Source: Marispirochaeta sp. (GTDB lineage: Bacteria; Spirochaetota; Spirochaetia; JC444; Marispirochaetaceae). From it: 64,000 nucleotides of DNA. Both the position numbers and the translations under genes were made by a program. The notes beneath the pieces are model-generated. The model did no database searches. It was not told the origin of the DNA and saw nothing but the letters and a program-made list of their open reading frames with translations. Where the stretch lies: NCBI GenBank assembly GCA_963676835.2, contig CAXXFF010000001.1, forward strand, positions 128,001 to 192,000. The letters run 5' to 3'. This document shows, in pieces, positions 1 to 8,970 of the stretch; positions within the stretch are counted from its first letter, which is position 1; the number at the start of each line of letters is the position of its first letter.

Positions 1-1
1 T

Positions 2-346
2 GAAAAAAGCGTACTACAGGGCGGTTTTTTTCAGAACAGCCGGTTTGAACAATGCCGTTTTACGGGCTGTGAAATTCGATACACCGTCTTTGCAGGAGCG
101 ACATTCACCAACTGTGATTTTTCCGGATCAGATATTCTACATTCGAACTTCAACGGCATTACCGGGCAGGATCTCAACTTCAGCGACTCAGACCTCTATT
201 ATTCAAGCTTTGTTATGGCGAACCTCGAGAATGTACGTTTTATTGACTGTAATCTGAAGAAGGTCAACTACGTCCGGTCAATTCGTGAAAACGTCAATTT
301 TAAATACTCAAATTACGAGGAAGCGGTATTTGCCGCAGATCTGTAG
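2..346 (+). CDS. Pentapeptide-repeat protein (5' truncated by window)
   Basis: Frame 2 is open from the window start to TAG at 344-346: EKSVLQGGFFQNSRFEQCRFTGCEIRYTVFAGATFTNCDFSGSDILHSNF..., with hydrophobic residues every 5 positions. Confidence 0.75.
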   Translation, partial: EKSVLQGGFFQNSRFEQCRFTGCEIRYTVFAGATFTNCDFSGSDILHSNFNGITGQDLNFSDSDLYYSSFVMANLENVRFIDCNLKKVNYVRSIRENVNFKYSNYEEAVFAADL

Positions 347-349
347 GCT

Positions 350-907
350 ATGAAGGTTTATACACACTTTAGCTTCCTGGGGTTCTCAAACACCTATCTG
401 ATCGGGCCTGCCGGCGGGGGAGATGCAATCATTATCGATCCGGGCATTATGGACATTTCCCTGCTGCGGATAATCGAAAATAACAGGTATCACATTCGAC
501 ACATTCTCATTACCCATAACCATGAAACCCACACCGGCGGCGGGAAAACCCTGCTGAAGATCTACAACGCTTCGGTCTACGGCAGTGCCTACCGTCTGCT
601 TGATCAGGAATCCAATTTTGTTCAGGACGGGGACACTATCGATCTGAACGGGATCGATGTGGAATGCATTGAGGTTTCGGGGCATTCCAGCGACTCCCTT
701 GTCTACCGTATCGGATCCTGCTATTTTACCGGTGATGTGCTTTTTGCAGGCAGCATCGGCTCTACTCCCAACAGGTATGCAAAAGCCCTGCTCATTAATA
801 GTCTTAAAGAAAAAATCCTGTCCCGACAGACTGGCTCCATCTACCCCGGCCACGGGCCTCCCAGTACTATAGAAATGGAAAGTCGCTTTAATCCTTATCT
901 TATTTAA
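350..907 (+). CDS. MBL-fold metallo-hydrolase (glyoxalase II-like)
   Basis: IIIDPG, THNHETH (variant of HxHxDH), GHS, FTGDVLF, IYPGHGP motifs. Confidence 0.85.
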   Translation: MKVYTHFSFLGFSNTYLIGPAGGGDAIIIDPGIMDISLLRIIENNRYHIRHILITHNHETHTGGGKTLLKIYNASVYGSAYRLLDQESNFVQDGDTIDLNGIDVECIEVSGHSSDSLVYRIGSCYFTGDVLFAGSIGSTPNRYAKALLINSLKEKILSRQTGSIYPGHGPPSTIEMESRFNPYLI

Positions 908-969
908 AGGTGGGCTTAATTCCCGGTTTTCTCAACGATTACCTTTTTGGACAATCATTCCCTGTGCCG

Positions 970-1887
970 TTATTTTAAGGCCCGGATTACCGGCGCAAAT
1001 CGCTTATCCAGGGGTGCTCTGAAAGAGCTGCGGTTTTTCAATCCCGGAAGCTGTATTCTCAGTTCAAATGCATGCAGCATCAGTGTGCAGCCGTCTCTTT
1101 CTCCTGCACCGTATAGAACATCTCCCAGAATCGGGTGTCCTATGTGTCTCATGTGTACCCGCAGCTGATGGGTTCTGCCTGTTTCCGGAAAAAGTGCGAC
1201 AAAAGTGGCATCCTTCCAGCGGCTTATAACCTTATACCGGGTTGAAGCATACTTACCGCCCTTTTCCAATACGGTGAACCGCTGCCTGTTTCGAGGTGAT
1301 CTTCCAAACTGCCCTTCTATATGACCGCTGTCTGAAGAAACTACCCCCCGGCAGATGGCAAAATAGGTTTTTCGGGTAGTTTTTTCCGCAAACTGGGCAG
1401 AAAGAAACTGATGGGCAGTCTCGTTTTTGGCGGTAATGAGAATACCGCTGGTATCCTTGTCCAGCCGGTGTACAATTCCCGGACGAAAATCATCCTCTTC
1501 CGGGCCCATATCGCGATAGTAGAGGAGGCCGTGAACCAGGGTGCCTGTATAGTTGCCGGGAGCCGGATGGACAACCATGCCCTGGGGCTTATTAATGACA
1601 ATTACATTCTCATCTTCATACAGAATATCAAGATCGATCTTCTCCGGCTCTACCGTAAGAGGCGGCGGAGTTGACAGTTCGATTTCGACCACATCTCCGG
1701 CGGCAACTTTCCGGGACAGCTTCACTTCCCGGCCGTTTACCCGCAATGCAATAAGCCGCTGTTTCAGCTGGTTACGGCTGACTATGTCTGCCATTTCGCT
1801 TACATACTGATCAATGCGTACCGATCGCTTGAATCCATGAGAAATACAGAATGCATAGGTAAGATTAGATGTAAGGTTCATGTACAA
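970..1887 (-). CDS. rluD: RluA-family 23S rRNA pseudouridine synthase (RluD-like)
   Basis: S4-like N-terminus, INKPQGMVVHP, HRLDKDTSG catalytic motif, ETGRTHQLRVH, GHPILGD. Confidence 0.9.
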   Translation of the reverse strand: MYMNLTSNLTYAFCISHGFKRSVRIDQYVSEMADIVSRNQLKQRLIALRVNGREVKLSRKVAAGDVVEIELSTPPPLTVEPEKIDLDILYEDENVIVINKPQGMVVHPAPGNYTGTLVHGLLYYRDMGPEEDDFRPGIVHRLDKDTSGILITAKNETAHQFLSAQFAEKTTRKTYFAICRGVVSSDSGHIEGQFGRSPRNRQRFTVLEKGGKYASTRYKVISRWKDATFVALFPETGRTHQLRVHMRHIGHPILGDVLYGAGERDGCTLMLHAFELRIQLPGLKNRSSFRAPLDKRFAPVIRALK

Positions 1888-1890
1888 CAG

Positions 1891-2304
1891 CTACCTGTAG
1901 GATTTTTCCGGGGTATCACCGAAACCAAGTATAAAATCAACCACCGCCACCGTAAGGGAAAAACCGGCGGCACTAAGCAGGATATTCGCAGTATGCTGAC
2001 TGTCAGAAAAAGGATAGCTGCTGCCGGCGGCAGCCTGACTCAACTGCCAGCCGAGACCGGATAGAATAAAAGTAACCGGAACAGAGCCGAAAAAAATAAT
2101 CTCCCCCCGCCTGAGGGCCAGCAGGCCTGAGTTGAACTCATCGGGACGGTACTCTTCCGGATCATTACCGGCCAGAAGGTCTACACCGGTGGTCAGGACA
2201 GTTGGAAAATAAGAGGTATCCCCATTGGCATTGCGGGGAAAGAGTATGTTGACTGAGCTGAATATAATCAGCAGTACAACCGCTCGGAGGTATTTGCTTG
2301 TCAA
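1891..2304 (-). CDS. Hypothetical membrane protein
   Basis: Signal-like N-terminus and two hydrophobic segments; its start overlaps the yggS stop. Confidence 0.6.
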   Translation of the reverse strand: MTSKYLRAVVLLIIFSSVNILFPRNANGDTSYFPTVLTTGVDLLAGNDPEEYRPDEFNSGLLALRRGEIIFFGSVPVTFILSGLGWQLSQAAAGSSYPFSDSQHTANILLSAAGFSLTVAVVDFILGFGDTPEKSYR

Positions 2305-2984
2305 TTACGTACTCCAAAAAGAGCGGTACCTATTCTCAGCAGAGTCGCCCCCTCCTCTACGGCAATTTCGTAATCTCCGCTCATTCCCATGGATAAAACC
2401 TTCAGGCTGTCCCCGCCGAACCGGGGAATACACTCTTCCCGGAATTCATACAAAGAGGAGAAAGAAGAACGGACAGGTCCTTCATCTGAAGTAAAAGGAG
2501 CCATGGTCATCAGGCCCTTCATTTTCAGTGCCGGTGAATCACACACTCGTTGTATCAGGTTTAAGGCTTCATCCTTTTCCCGGATGCCATGTTTTGCATC
2601 CTCGCCACTGGTATGTATCTCCACCAGAATATCCATACTCCGTTCCTGCTCCAGGGCATATTTTTCAATGGCTTCCAGGGTCCGAAGAGAATCAAGTGAC
2701 TGAATGCAGACTGCAGTTTGAACTGCCTGACGCGCTTTATTCCGCTGGATATGACCGATTAAATGCAGCTCTGCACCGGGGAAGCGGCGGTCAAACTTTT
2801 CTGAAGCCTCTGCAACTCTATTTTCTCCAAACAGCCGGATGCCGAGATCGTAGACTTCCTGTATTGATTCTATTGGCTGAGTTTTGGATACCGCCATAAT
2901 TCGGATATCCTCAATCTCCCTGCCGGATCTTTGAGCCGCTGCGGCAATATTTTCCTTAATCTGTCTGAGGTTTTCTTTAATCAC
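2301..2984 (-). CDS. yggS: YggS/PROSC family PLP-binding protein
   Basis: MAVSKT (PLP lysine), FGENRV, HLIGHIQRNK, GLMTM, LSMGMSGDYEIAVEEGATLLRIGTALFG. Confidence 0.93.
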   Translation of the reverse strand: MIKENLRQIKENIAAAAQRSGREIEDIRIMAVSKTQPIESIQEVYDLGIRLFGENRVAEASEKFDRRFPGAELHLIGHIQRNKARQAVQTAVCIQSLDSLRTLEAIEKYALEQERSMDILVEIHTSGEDAKHGIREKDEALNLIQRVCDSPALKMKGLMTMAPFTSDEGPVRSSFSSLYEFREECIPRFGGDSLKVLSMGMSGDYEIAVEEGATLLRIGTALFGVRN

Positions 2985-3137
2985 ACAAGGATTTTACCAG
3001 CATGAAGGTTGTAGGAAAAGGCCTTGCTCCCGCTTCTTGACTTTTACGTACTTCTAACCTATTTTGACCTAGTACTCACATACAGAAATCAACAAAATAC
3101 AGCAACAGCTGATACCAATAGTAAAGGAAGATTCGTA

Positions 3138-4043
3138 ATGTCTGAACAGAACTGGTCAAGCAGACAACATGCAACTTGGAGAAACAAAGTAGGACTTGCA
3201 GAGATGCTCAAAGGCGGCGTTATTATGGACGTAGTAACCCCCGAGCACGCCAAAATCGCGGAAGATGCCGGTGCAGCAGCTGTAATGGCTCTGGAACGGG
3301 TTCCCGCAGATATCCGGGTGACCGGCGGCGTAGCACGCATGTCTGATCCTAAGATGATCAAAGGCATACAGGAGGCTGTGTCCATTCCTGTTATGGCGAA
3401 ATGCCGTATCGGCCATTTTACCGAAGCCCGCATTCTCGAAGCCCTCGGGGTGGATTTTATCGACGAAAGTGAAGTTCTTACCCCGGCAGATGAAGCCTAC
3501 CACGTGGACAAACATCCCTACAAAGTACCTTTTGTATGCGGATGCCGTGATATTGGAGAGGCCCTTCGCCGCATTGGAGAAGGTGCCGCCATGATCCGTA
3601 CTAAAGGTGAAGCCGGTACCGGAGATGTAGTAGAGGCGGTACGTCATATGAGAACCCTGCAGGATGGAATCCGCCGGCTCACCGTTCTTCCCAAAGAGGA
3701 ACTGATGACAGAGGCAAAAAACCTCGGCGCGCCTTATGATCTTATTCTTGAAATTGCCGAAACCGGAAAGCTGCCGGTTCCCAATTTTTCCGCCGGCGGT
3801 GTAGCAACTCCCGCGGATGCCGCTCTTATGATGCACCTCGGCGCTGAATCTGTATTTGTAGGTTCCGGAATCTTCAAATCCGGAAACCCTGCAAAAAGAG
3901 CAAAGGCTATTGTTGAAGCAGTAACCTACTACCAGGATGCCGCAAAGCTTGCGGAGATAAGCTATGACCTGGGAGAACCCATGACCGGTATCGGCATGGA
4001 TCAGCTGCCGGACGATCAGCGTATAGCCGGAAGAGGCTGGTAG
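3138..4043 (+). CDS. pdxS: PLP synthase lyase subunit PdxS
   Basis: [48 protein letters not shown] at 3138 follows an AGGAAG RBS. Confidence 0.96.
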   Translation: MSEQNWSSRQHATWRNKVGLAEMLKGGVIMDVVTPEHAKIAEDAGAAAVMALERVPADIRVTGGVARMSDPKMIKGIQEAVSIPVMAKCRIGHFTEARILEALGVDFIDESEVLTPADEAYHVDKHPYKVPFVCGCRDIGEALRRIGEGAAMIRTKGEAGTGDVVEAVRHMRTLQDGIRRLTVLPKEELMTEAKNLGAPYDLILEIAETGKLPVPNFSAGGVATPADAALMMHLGAESVFVGSGIFKSGNPAKRAKAIVEAVTYYQDAAKLAEISYDLGEPMTGIGMDQLPDDQRIAGRGW

Positions 4044-4064
4044 GATTCCCAGGGCGCTTAATTT

Positions 4065-4652
4065 ATGAAAATCGGTATTCTCGCTCTCCAGGGTGATTTC
4101 ATCAAACATGGGGAGCATATTAAAAAGCTTGGTCCGGACCCTTTTTACGTCCGGACTCCGGCTGATCTCAACGAAGTTGACGGACTGATTATTCCAGGCG
4201 GCGAAAGCACCACCATCGGGAAACTGTTTGTCGATTTCGGTCTTACAGAAACCTTTCAGAAGCGCAAAGAGACTCTACCTGTTTTCGGCACCTGTGCCGG
4301 TATGATTCTTATGGCACGGGAAATCATTGGAAGAGACCAGTTTTCCCTGGATCTTATGGATATAAGCGTAGAAAGAAACGCTTACGGCCGCCAGATCGAC
4401 AGTTTTGAAGCGGAGATCAATACAGGACTCTCCTCTCTCGGTACAGTTCAGGGAGTGTTTATCCGAGCCCCCAGAATAAGCCGAATCGGTCAGGAGGTTG
4501 AAGTTCTCGCACAGTTCGAGGATTTTCCTGTGCTTATTCGGCAAAAAAACTGCCTTGCCGCATCTTTTCACCCTGAATTGACTGAAAACCTGAACATACA
4601 CCGCTATTTTATAGAGATGGTCAATTCAAATATGGAGTTCAACAATGCATAA
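4065..4652 (+). CDS. pdxT: PLP synthase glutaminase subunit PdxT
   Basis: GILALQG, IPGGESTT, FGTCAG, RNAYGRQ, FHPEL. Confidence 0.95.
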   Translation: MKIGILALQGDFIKHGEHIKKLGPDPFYVRTPADLNEVDGLIIPGGESTTIGKLFVDFGLTETFQKRKETLPVFGTCAGMILMAREIIGRDQFSLDLMDISVERNAYGRQIDSFEAEINTGLSSLGTVQGVFIRAPRISRIGQEVEVLAQFEDFPVLIRQKNCLAASFHPELTENLNIHRYFIEMVNSNMEFNNA

Positions 4653-5430
4653 GCTGGCAAGACTGGCCGCAGCCTTTATGGTATTTTTCTCAATCTTCGG
4701 TATTCTGACCGCGGAAGAGCCCCCAATCCCGCAGGACCTTCTCACCCGGCTTGAAGCTGAAGGAGAAATAGTCCGTTATTTCTATGGTGATCTTGATCTC
4801 GAGTTTATGCCTCAAGGGGCACTGACCGAATATATCCGCAGCGATCTTAACGGCCTTGATGCCACCATCGGGGTTGAGGCGATCTTTCTCATGGATATGC
4901 CCGAAAAACTGGCAGCTATGCCGGACCGGGATCTTGCCATTTATAATATTCTCAACCGGGTAAGTACCCTTACAGGAATCGAATATTATTCCGCCAGCCG
5001 GGAACGTATGCGTACCCTCTTCCGTCATTCTTACCGGGTAAAGAACAGTGACGAAAAAGAGGCCCTGCCGGATATCACCTTTTCCGAGATTCCTGCAGCC
5101 CAGGATATTACGGTTTTCCAGGAGGACCTCACCTTCGGGAAAAACCATGTTTCCAACCTGTACCGCTACGAAGACAGCAGGTTTCTTCTTCAGGTGAACA
5201 ACCTCACCACCATGTGGTACTACATTCTGCCACTGGTAAAACCAGGAAACTTCCGCATGGATCTGCTCATTATTCCTCAAGGGGACCAGCTGATTTTCTA
5301 CGGAGCCTGCAGTGTTGATTCAGCCAAACTTTTCGGCATAGAAAAGTCAAAAAAAGACAGTTTCTATAACCGCATCAAGGCTATGCAGAACTGGTTTACT
5401 GCTCAACTTGAGGAAGAATACGGACAGTAA
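4645..5430 (+). CDS. Exported conserved hypothetical protein
   Basis: Signal peptide; GIEYYSASR and QEDLTFG blocks; overlaps the pdxT stop. Confidence 0.7.
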   Translation: MHKLARLAAAFMVFFSIFGILTAEEPPIPQDLLTRLEAEGEIVRYFYGDLDLEFMPQGALTEYIRSDLNGLDATIGVEAIFLMDMPEKLAAMPDRDLAIYNILNRVSTLTGIEYYSASRERMRTLFRHSYRVKNSDEKEALPDITFSEIPAAQDITVFQEDLTFGKNHVSNLYRYEDSRFLLQVNNLTTMWYYILPLVKPGNFRMDLLIIPQGDQLIFYGACSVDSAKLFGIEKSKKDSFYNRIKAMQNWFTAQLEEEYGQ

Positions 5431-5507
5431 TACCGTCCTCAAATTTCTTTAAAAATAGCTGCAAAGATACTTGCACAAGCGGCATCTTTGCAGTATATCC
5501 CGCATTA

Positions 5508-6806
5508 GTGGACCCTCTAAAAAAGAACGAGAAATTCAATTTTCTCTTTGTTTCACGCTGGGGAGAAATCCTCGATCTGGCCTGGACATGTGCCCAGGAA
5601 GGTCATCAGGTGAAGATGTTTGTGGATTATCGGCCATGGGCGGATATAGGCGACGGTTTTGTAGAAAAAGTCCGGTCCTGGCGGAGCCATGTAAAATGGG
5701 CGGATATAATAATCTTTGACTATACCGGTTTCGGCAAGGAAGCATCCGACCTGCGTAACCGCGGTAAGTTTGTAATCGGCGGCACCGAGTATACCGACAA
5801 GCTTGAACTCGACAGAAACTTCGGTCAGGAAGAACTTAAACGGCATAAAATCAAGATTCTTGAATATAAAGAGTTTTCAACCACCGATGCCGCTATCGAT
5901 TATATAAAATCCGCACCCAATAAGTACGTAATCAAACCCTGCGGGGAAATACAGGATTACAAACAGCTGCTCTTTGTAGGAAATGATGAAGATGGCGAGG
6001 ATGTTATCCGGGTACTCAAAGCATATGAAAAAACCTGGGGGCATAAGCTCGGGAGTTTTCAGATACAGCGGAAGGTCACCGGGGTGGAAATATCCGTGGC
6101 CGCTTTTTTCAATGGTAGAGAATTTATTAAACCGGTAAATATCACCTTTGAACACAAAAAGCTGTTTCCACGGGAATTGGGAGTTTCCACCGGAGAAATG
6201 GGAACGAGCATGTTCTGGAGCGATACGAGCCCTGTTTTTGATGCCACCCTGGCAAAACTTGAATCACGCCTGGCAGCAGACAGGTTTACTGGACATATTG
6301 ATATAAACACCATAGTTAACGGAAACGGGATTTACCCACTGGAGTTTACATCCAGATTCGGCTATCCCCAGATCCAGATCCAGCGTGCCGGAATCCTCGA
6401 ACCGGTAGGGATGATGCTTTACAAAATTGCATCCGGGCAGAAGTTTAAAATAAACACACGGAAAGGTTTTCAGGTTGGCGTACATATCGTAGTTCCACCC
6501 TTTCCATATGAAGATAAACGCACCTTCAATCTTTTCTCCAAGGATGCCGTGGTTGTACAGAAAAAAAAGATGCGTGACGGTGTACACCCCATGCACCTGA
6601 AGCAGATTAACGGCGAATGGCTTATTACCGGGGATTCAGGCCTTGTTATGGTTGTAAGCGGAACAGGCACCACTATGAAAGAAGCCCAGAAAACAATGTA
6701 CAGCCGGGTAAATAATTTCCTGATAAACAACTGCTACTACAGAACCGATATCGGGGATCGCTGGGGCGATGATTCAGACAAGCTCCACACCTGGAATCTT
6801 TTGTAA
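5508..6806 (+). CDS. PurD-like (phosphoribosylamine-glycine ligase family) ATP-grasp protein
   Basis: YVIKP, GVSTGEMG, YPLEFTSRFGYP, YYRTDIG resemble GAR synthetase; the canonical GSGGREH N-terminus is absent. Confidence 0.7.
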   Translation: MDPLKKNEKFNFLFVSRWGEILDLAWTCAQEGHQVKMFVDYRPWADIGDGFVEKVRSWRSHVKWADIIIFDYTGFGKEASDLRNRGKFVIGGTEYTDKLELDRNFGQEELKRHKIKILEYKEFSTTDAAIDYIKSAPNKYVIKPCGEIQDYKQLLFVGNDEDGEDVIRVLKAYEKTWGHKLGSFQIQRKVTGVEISVAAFFNGREFIKPVNITFEHKKLFPRELGVSTGEMGTSMFWSDTSPVFDATLAKLESRLAADRFTGHIDINTIVNGNGIYPLEFTSRFGYPQIQIQRAGILEPVGMMLYKIASGQKFKINTRKGFQVGVHIVVPPFPYEDKRTFNLFSKDAVVVQKKKMRDGVHPMHLKQINGEWLITGDSGLVMVVSGTGTTMKEAQKTMYSRVNNFLINNCYYRTDIGDRWGDDSDKLHTWNLL

Positions 6807-6807
6807 A

Positions 6808-7254
6808 ATGCGGCTCTTCAAAGATATCAGCAACAATCCAAATCCGTTCTGGAAAATCCTGCCGGAGGACTGGAGAATCGAGATTGAACCTGTCTGGGAT
6901 AAATACGCCAGGTGTTCATCCGTTTTTGGGTTACTCAACGACCAGGAGCTTGAAGCAGGACTCATAAGCTTTTCCACAGTATCTCCGGATACCATGTGCT
7001 ACAGAGAGTATGCTGAATCCTGGTTTAAACGGGGATACAGATATATCGGCTTTGTATATGTAGTGGAATCGATGCGGGGACAAGGTCTCGGCAGAGAAAT
7101 ACTTGAGAAGCTTCTGCAGTCTACCCCGAAAACAGCCTACTGGCTGAGTATCGAAGACCATAAACTCCGAACTTTTTATGAAAAGTTATCTTTCAAGCTT
7201 GTAGATAAAATCCCCTGTGGTGATTCTACAGACTGGATAATGTCCAGAGATTAA
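6808..7254 (+). CDS. GNAT family N-acetyltransferase
   Basis: VYVVESMRGQGLG acetyl-CoA motif and FYEKLSF; ATG 1 nt after the upstream stop. Confidence 0.8.
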   Translation: MRLFKDISNNPNPFWKILPEDWRIEIEPVWDKYARCSSVFGLLNDQELEAGLISFSTVSPDTMCYREYAESWFKRGYRYIGFVYVVESMRGQGLGREILEKLLQSTPKTAYWLSIEDHKLRTFYEKLSFKLVDKIPCGDSTDWIMSRD

Positions 7255-7268
7255 CTGCATATTTCTGT

Positions 7269-8288
7269 TTAATTCAGAATCCCCGGTAATGCCAGAAACA
7301 GAAGTAGAAATGCCGGCAGGATAAAAATGTAAAGCAGATAATTAAACAGAATAGTAAAAGAGACAATCTCCTCATGCATGCCATGTTTAGCTGCAAGGAT
7401 TGAAAACCCGGTGGCTGTCGGAACGGTCATCTGGAGAAAAAACACCCAGGCATAAATAGGCTGAATGTTAAGAGGCCGCAGTATTGCAAAGTAGAGTAGA
7501 AAAAACATTCCCGGCAGAATTAAAAACCTGAAAATTGATACATGGATGGTCATTTTAATCATCATTGGCCGTTCAACCTGATTATTAAAAGAAATACCGG
7601 CAATACTGGCTCCAAGACATACCAGAGTTAAGGGAAAAAAAGAAGCTGCCAGCCTGTCAAAGGCATTCATTATCTGAATAAACGGCCAATCAGGATTATA
7701 TAAAATCCCCTGAAGGTGCAGTATGGGAATAAGCATACCGGCAACAAGTCCATATATAGGCGGGCTGATAAGATTTTTAAACTTTACCTTGCCAACTGAA
7801 CCTATCATTAAATAGTTACCGATGGACCACATGGCGGGACTGCCTACAAACAGATAAAGTCCAATATACAGCGAAGGTGTGGTTGTTCCGAACATTGCAT
7901 CCAGCTCGGGAATTACCGAAGGGAACAGTTCCGCAAGAAAAAGCGGCATAAAACCGACGTTACCGAAAACCGATAACGCCATACCGAGTCGCTTATGTTC
8001 ACCGTGGAACCTGAATATTGACAGGTACACCACCGCTATTCCTATGCTTAGAAGCAGAATGATTACAGCAGCAAAGGGAAAGACCGCTCCTGCCAGCAAG
8101 TCTGCAAAATTACTGCGGGACACCCTGACGAAATAATAGACAGGAAGAACGATGTTGATGAGAAATCTGCTTGTCTGGGTGAAAAACGCCTGAGGAAAGG
8201 CATCTTTTTTTCTAAGAATAAACCCTGCGGCAGCAAGGGTGACAAGCTGGATCATTGCCATAAGAACAGGGACAAAATATTGAATCAT
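7269..8288 (-). CDS. AEC (auxin efflux carrier) family transporter
   Basis: About 10 hydrophobic segments; FGNVGFMPL, LISPP, LVCLG, RFLILP, VPTA motifs. Confidence 0.85.
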   Translation of the reverse strand: MIQYFVPVLMAMIQLVTLAAAGFILRKKDAFPQAFFTQTSRFLINIVLPVYYFVRVSRSNFADLLAGAVFPFAAVIILLLSIGIAVVYLSIFRFHGEHKRLGMALSVFGNVGFMPLFLAELFPSVIPELDAMFGTTTPSLYIGLYLFVGSPAMWSIGNYLMIGSVGKVKFKNLISPPIYGLVAGMLIPILHLQGILYNPDWPFIQIMNAFDRLAASFFPLTLVCLGASIAGISFNNQVERPMMIKMTIHVSIFRFLILPGMFFLLYFAILRPLNIQPIYAWVFFLQMTVPTATGFSILAAKHGMHEEIVSFTILFNYLLYIFILPAFLLLFLALPGILN

Positions 8289-8307
8289 TTACTCAAGGCT
8301 CACATAT

Positions 8308-8391
8308 AAAAAAAACCGGCGTCCGAAATCGACAAGCGATTTGTTACACCGGTTTTCCGTAGTTTATTGACTCCGGCAGAAGCCGGTTTTT
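8308..8391 (-). terminator. Hairpin/terminator downstream of the displaced tRNA-Val 3' fragment
   Basis: AAAAACCGGC...GCCGGTTTTT inverted repeat with a T-tract on the minus strand; inner CCGGC-agaa-GCCGG hairpin. Confidence 0.5.
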
Positions 8392-8436
8392 ATGGGCGAT
8401 GACGGACTTGAACCGCCGACATCCTGCTTGTAAGGC
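8389..8436 (-). repeat. att direct repeat (3' half of tRNA-Val), distal end of the integrated element
   Basis: TTTATGGGCGATGACGGACTTGAACCGCCGACATCCTGCTTGTAAGGC is identical over 48 bp to 19680-19727; identity ends just past the anticodon loop. Confidence 0.97.
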
Positions 8437-8540
8437 CTCTCGGCTTTAGCCCTTACTGTATATACCTGTAGATTAGTGTAGCATATATAAAGAATTAGTC
8501 AATACTGCTGTAGATGGTTGTAGACCTGTATGTCAAACTT

Positions 8541-8564
8541 TTAGTAACAATTTTGGTAACAGTA
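8541..8564 (+). promoter_or_regulatory. Putative integrase arm-type site pair (left end)
   Basis: TTAGTAACAATTTTGGTAACAGTA matches 19594-19617 at 20/24 positions; two T(A/G)GTAACA units. Confidence 0.65.
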
Positions 8565-8634
8565 CTTGAACTGCGCAATAAGCAGGATGTCGATTTCTAC
8601 CCTTCTCGCCGACACCCTGTCTTACAAGCAGTGA

Positions 8635-8835
8635 GTCTCCCAGGCATTACTTGACCTTGGCATAAAGCGGGCAGCTTTGCTGGAAGAGAGGGCGAAGGAC
8701 AACCAGCGCGCTGGTGGAGGCGACCAGAAATCGGGTTTTCAGAAATCTGAAAAGGCGATTGAACCAATCAACACCACCAAAGAAATAGCAGACTATGCCG
8801 GGGTCAGTATAGACACGGCATCGAAGTATAAAAAG
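8635..8835 (+). pseudogene. Fragment resembling the HTH-containing part of phage ParB-like proteins
   Basis: QALLDLGIKRAALLEERAKDNQRAGGGDQKSGFQKSEKAIEPINTTKEIADYAGVSIDTASKYKK; in-frame TGA at 8632-8634 and no N-terminal domain. Confidence 0.5.
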
Positions 8836-8929
8836 TCAACTTTACTTGACTTTACTTTTTTAAAGCCGGTATTTCCGGGCATCCGGGGGTCCAACTTGGG
8901 TGTCCAATATATATCTCTCCCAGGACCCG

Positions 8930-8970
8930 AAAAAAAAGAGCCGCCCCATATCATCACGACATAGGACGGC
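8930..8970 (-). terminator. Rho-independent terminator ending the element's structural operon
   Basis: Minus strand GCCGTCCTATGT-cgtgatg-ATATGGGGCGGC followed by TCTTTTTTTT; the 12-bp stem pairs fully with G-U on this strand. Confidence 0.75.

Noticed and set aside
3089..4118. Long antisense ORFs over pdxS (and similar ones over fusA, mfd, TMP, helicase and che genes)
   Set aside because: Shadow frames of well-supported genes with no recognisable motifs
5508..6806. Assigning the symbol purD
   Set aside because: Lacks the canonical N-terminal motif and purine-operon context
8389..8436. Second functional tRNA-Val
   Set aside because: Only the 3' half is present; identity stops just past the anticodon loop, so it is the att duplication
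8571..8631. IS110-type bridge RNA
   Set aside because: No IS110/DEDD recombinase in the window; the matches are explained more simply as tyrosine-integrase core-like sites, and an RNA role is kept only as a hypothesis
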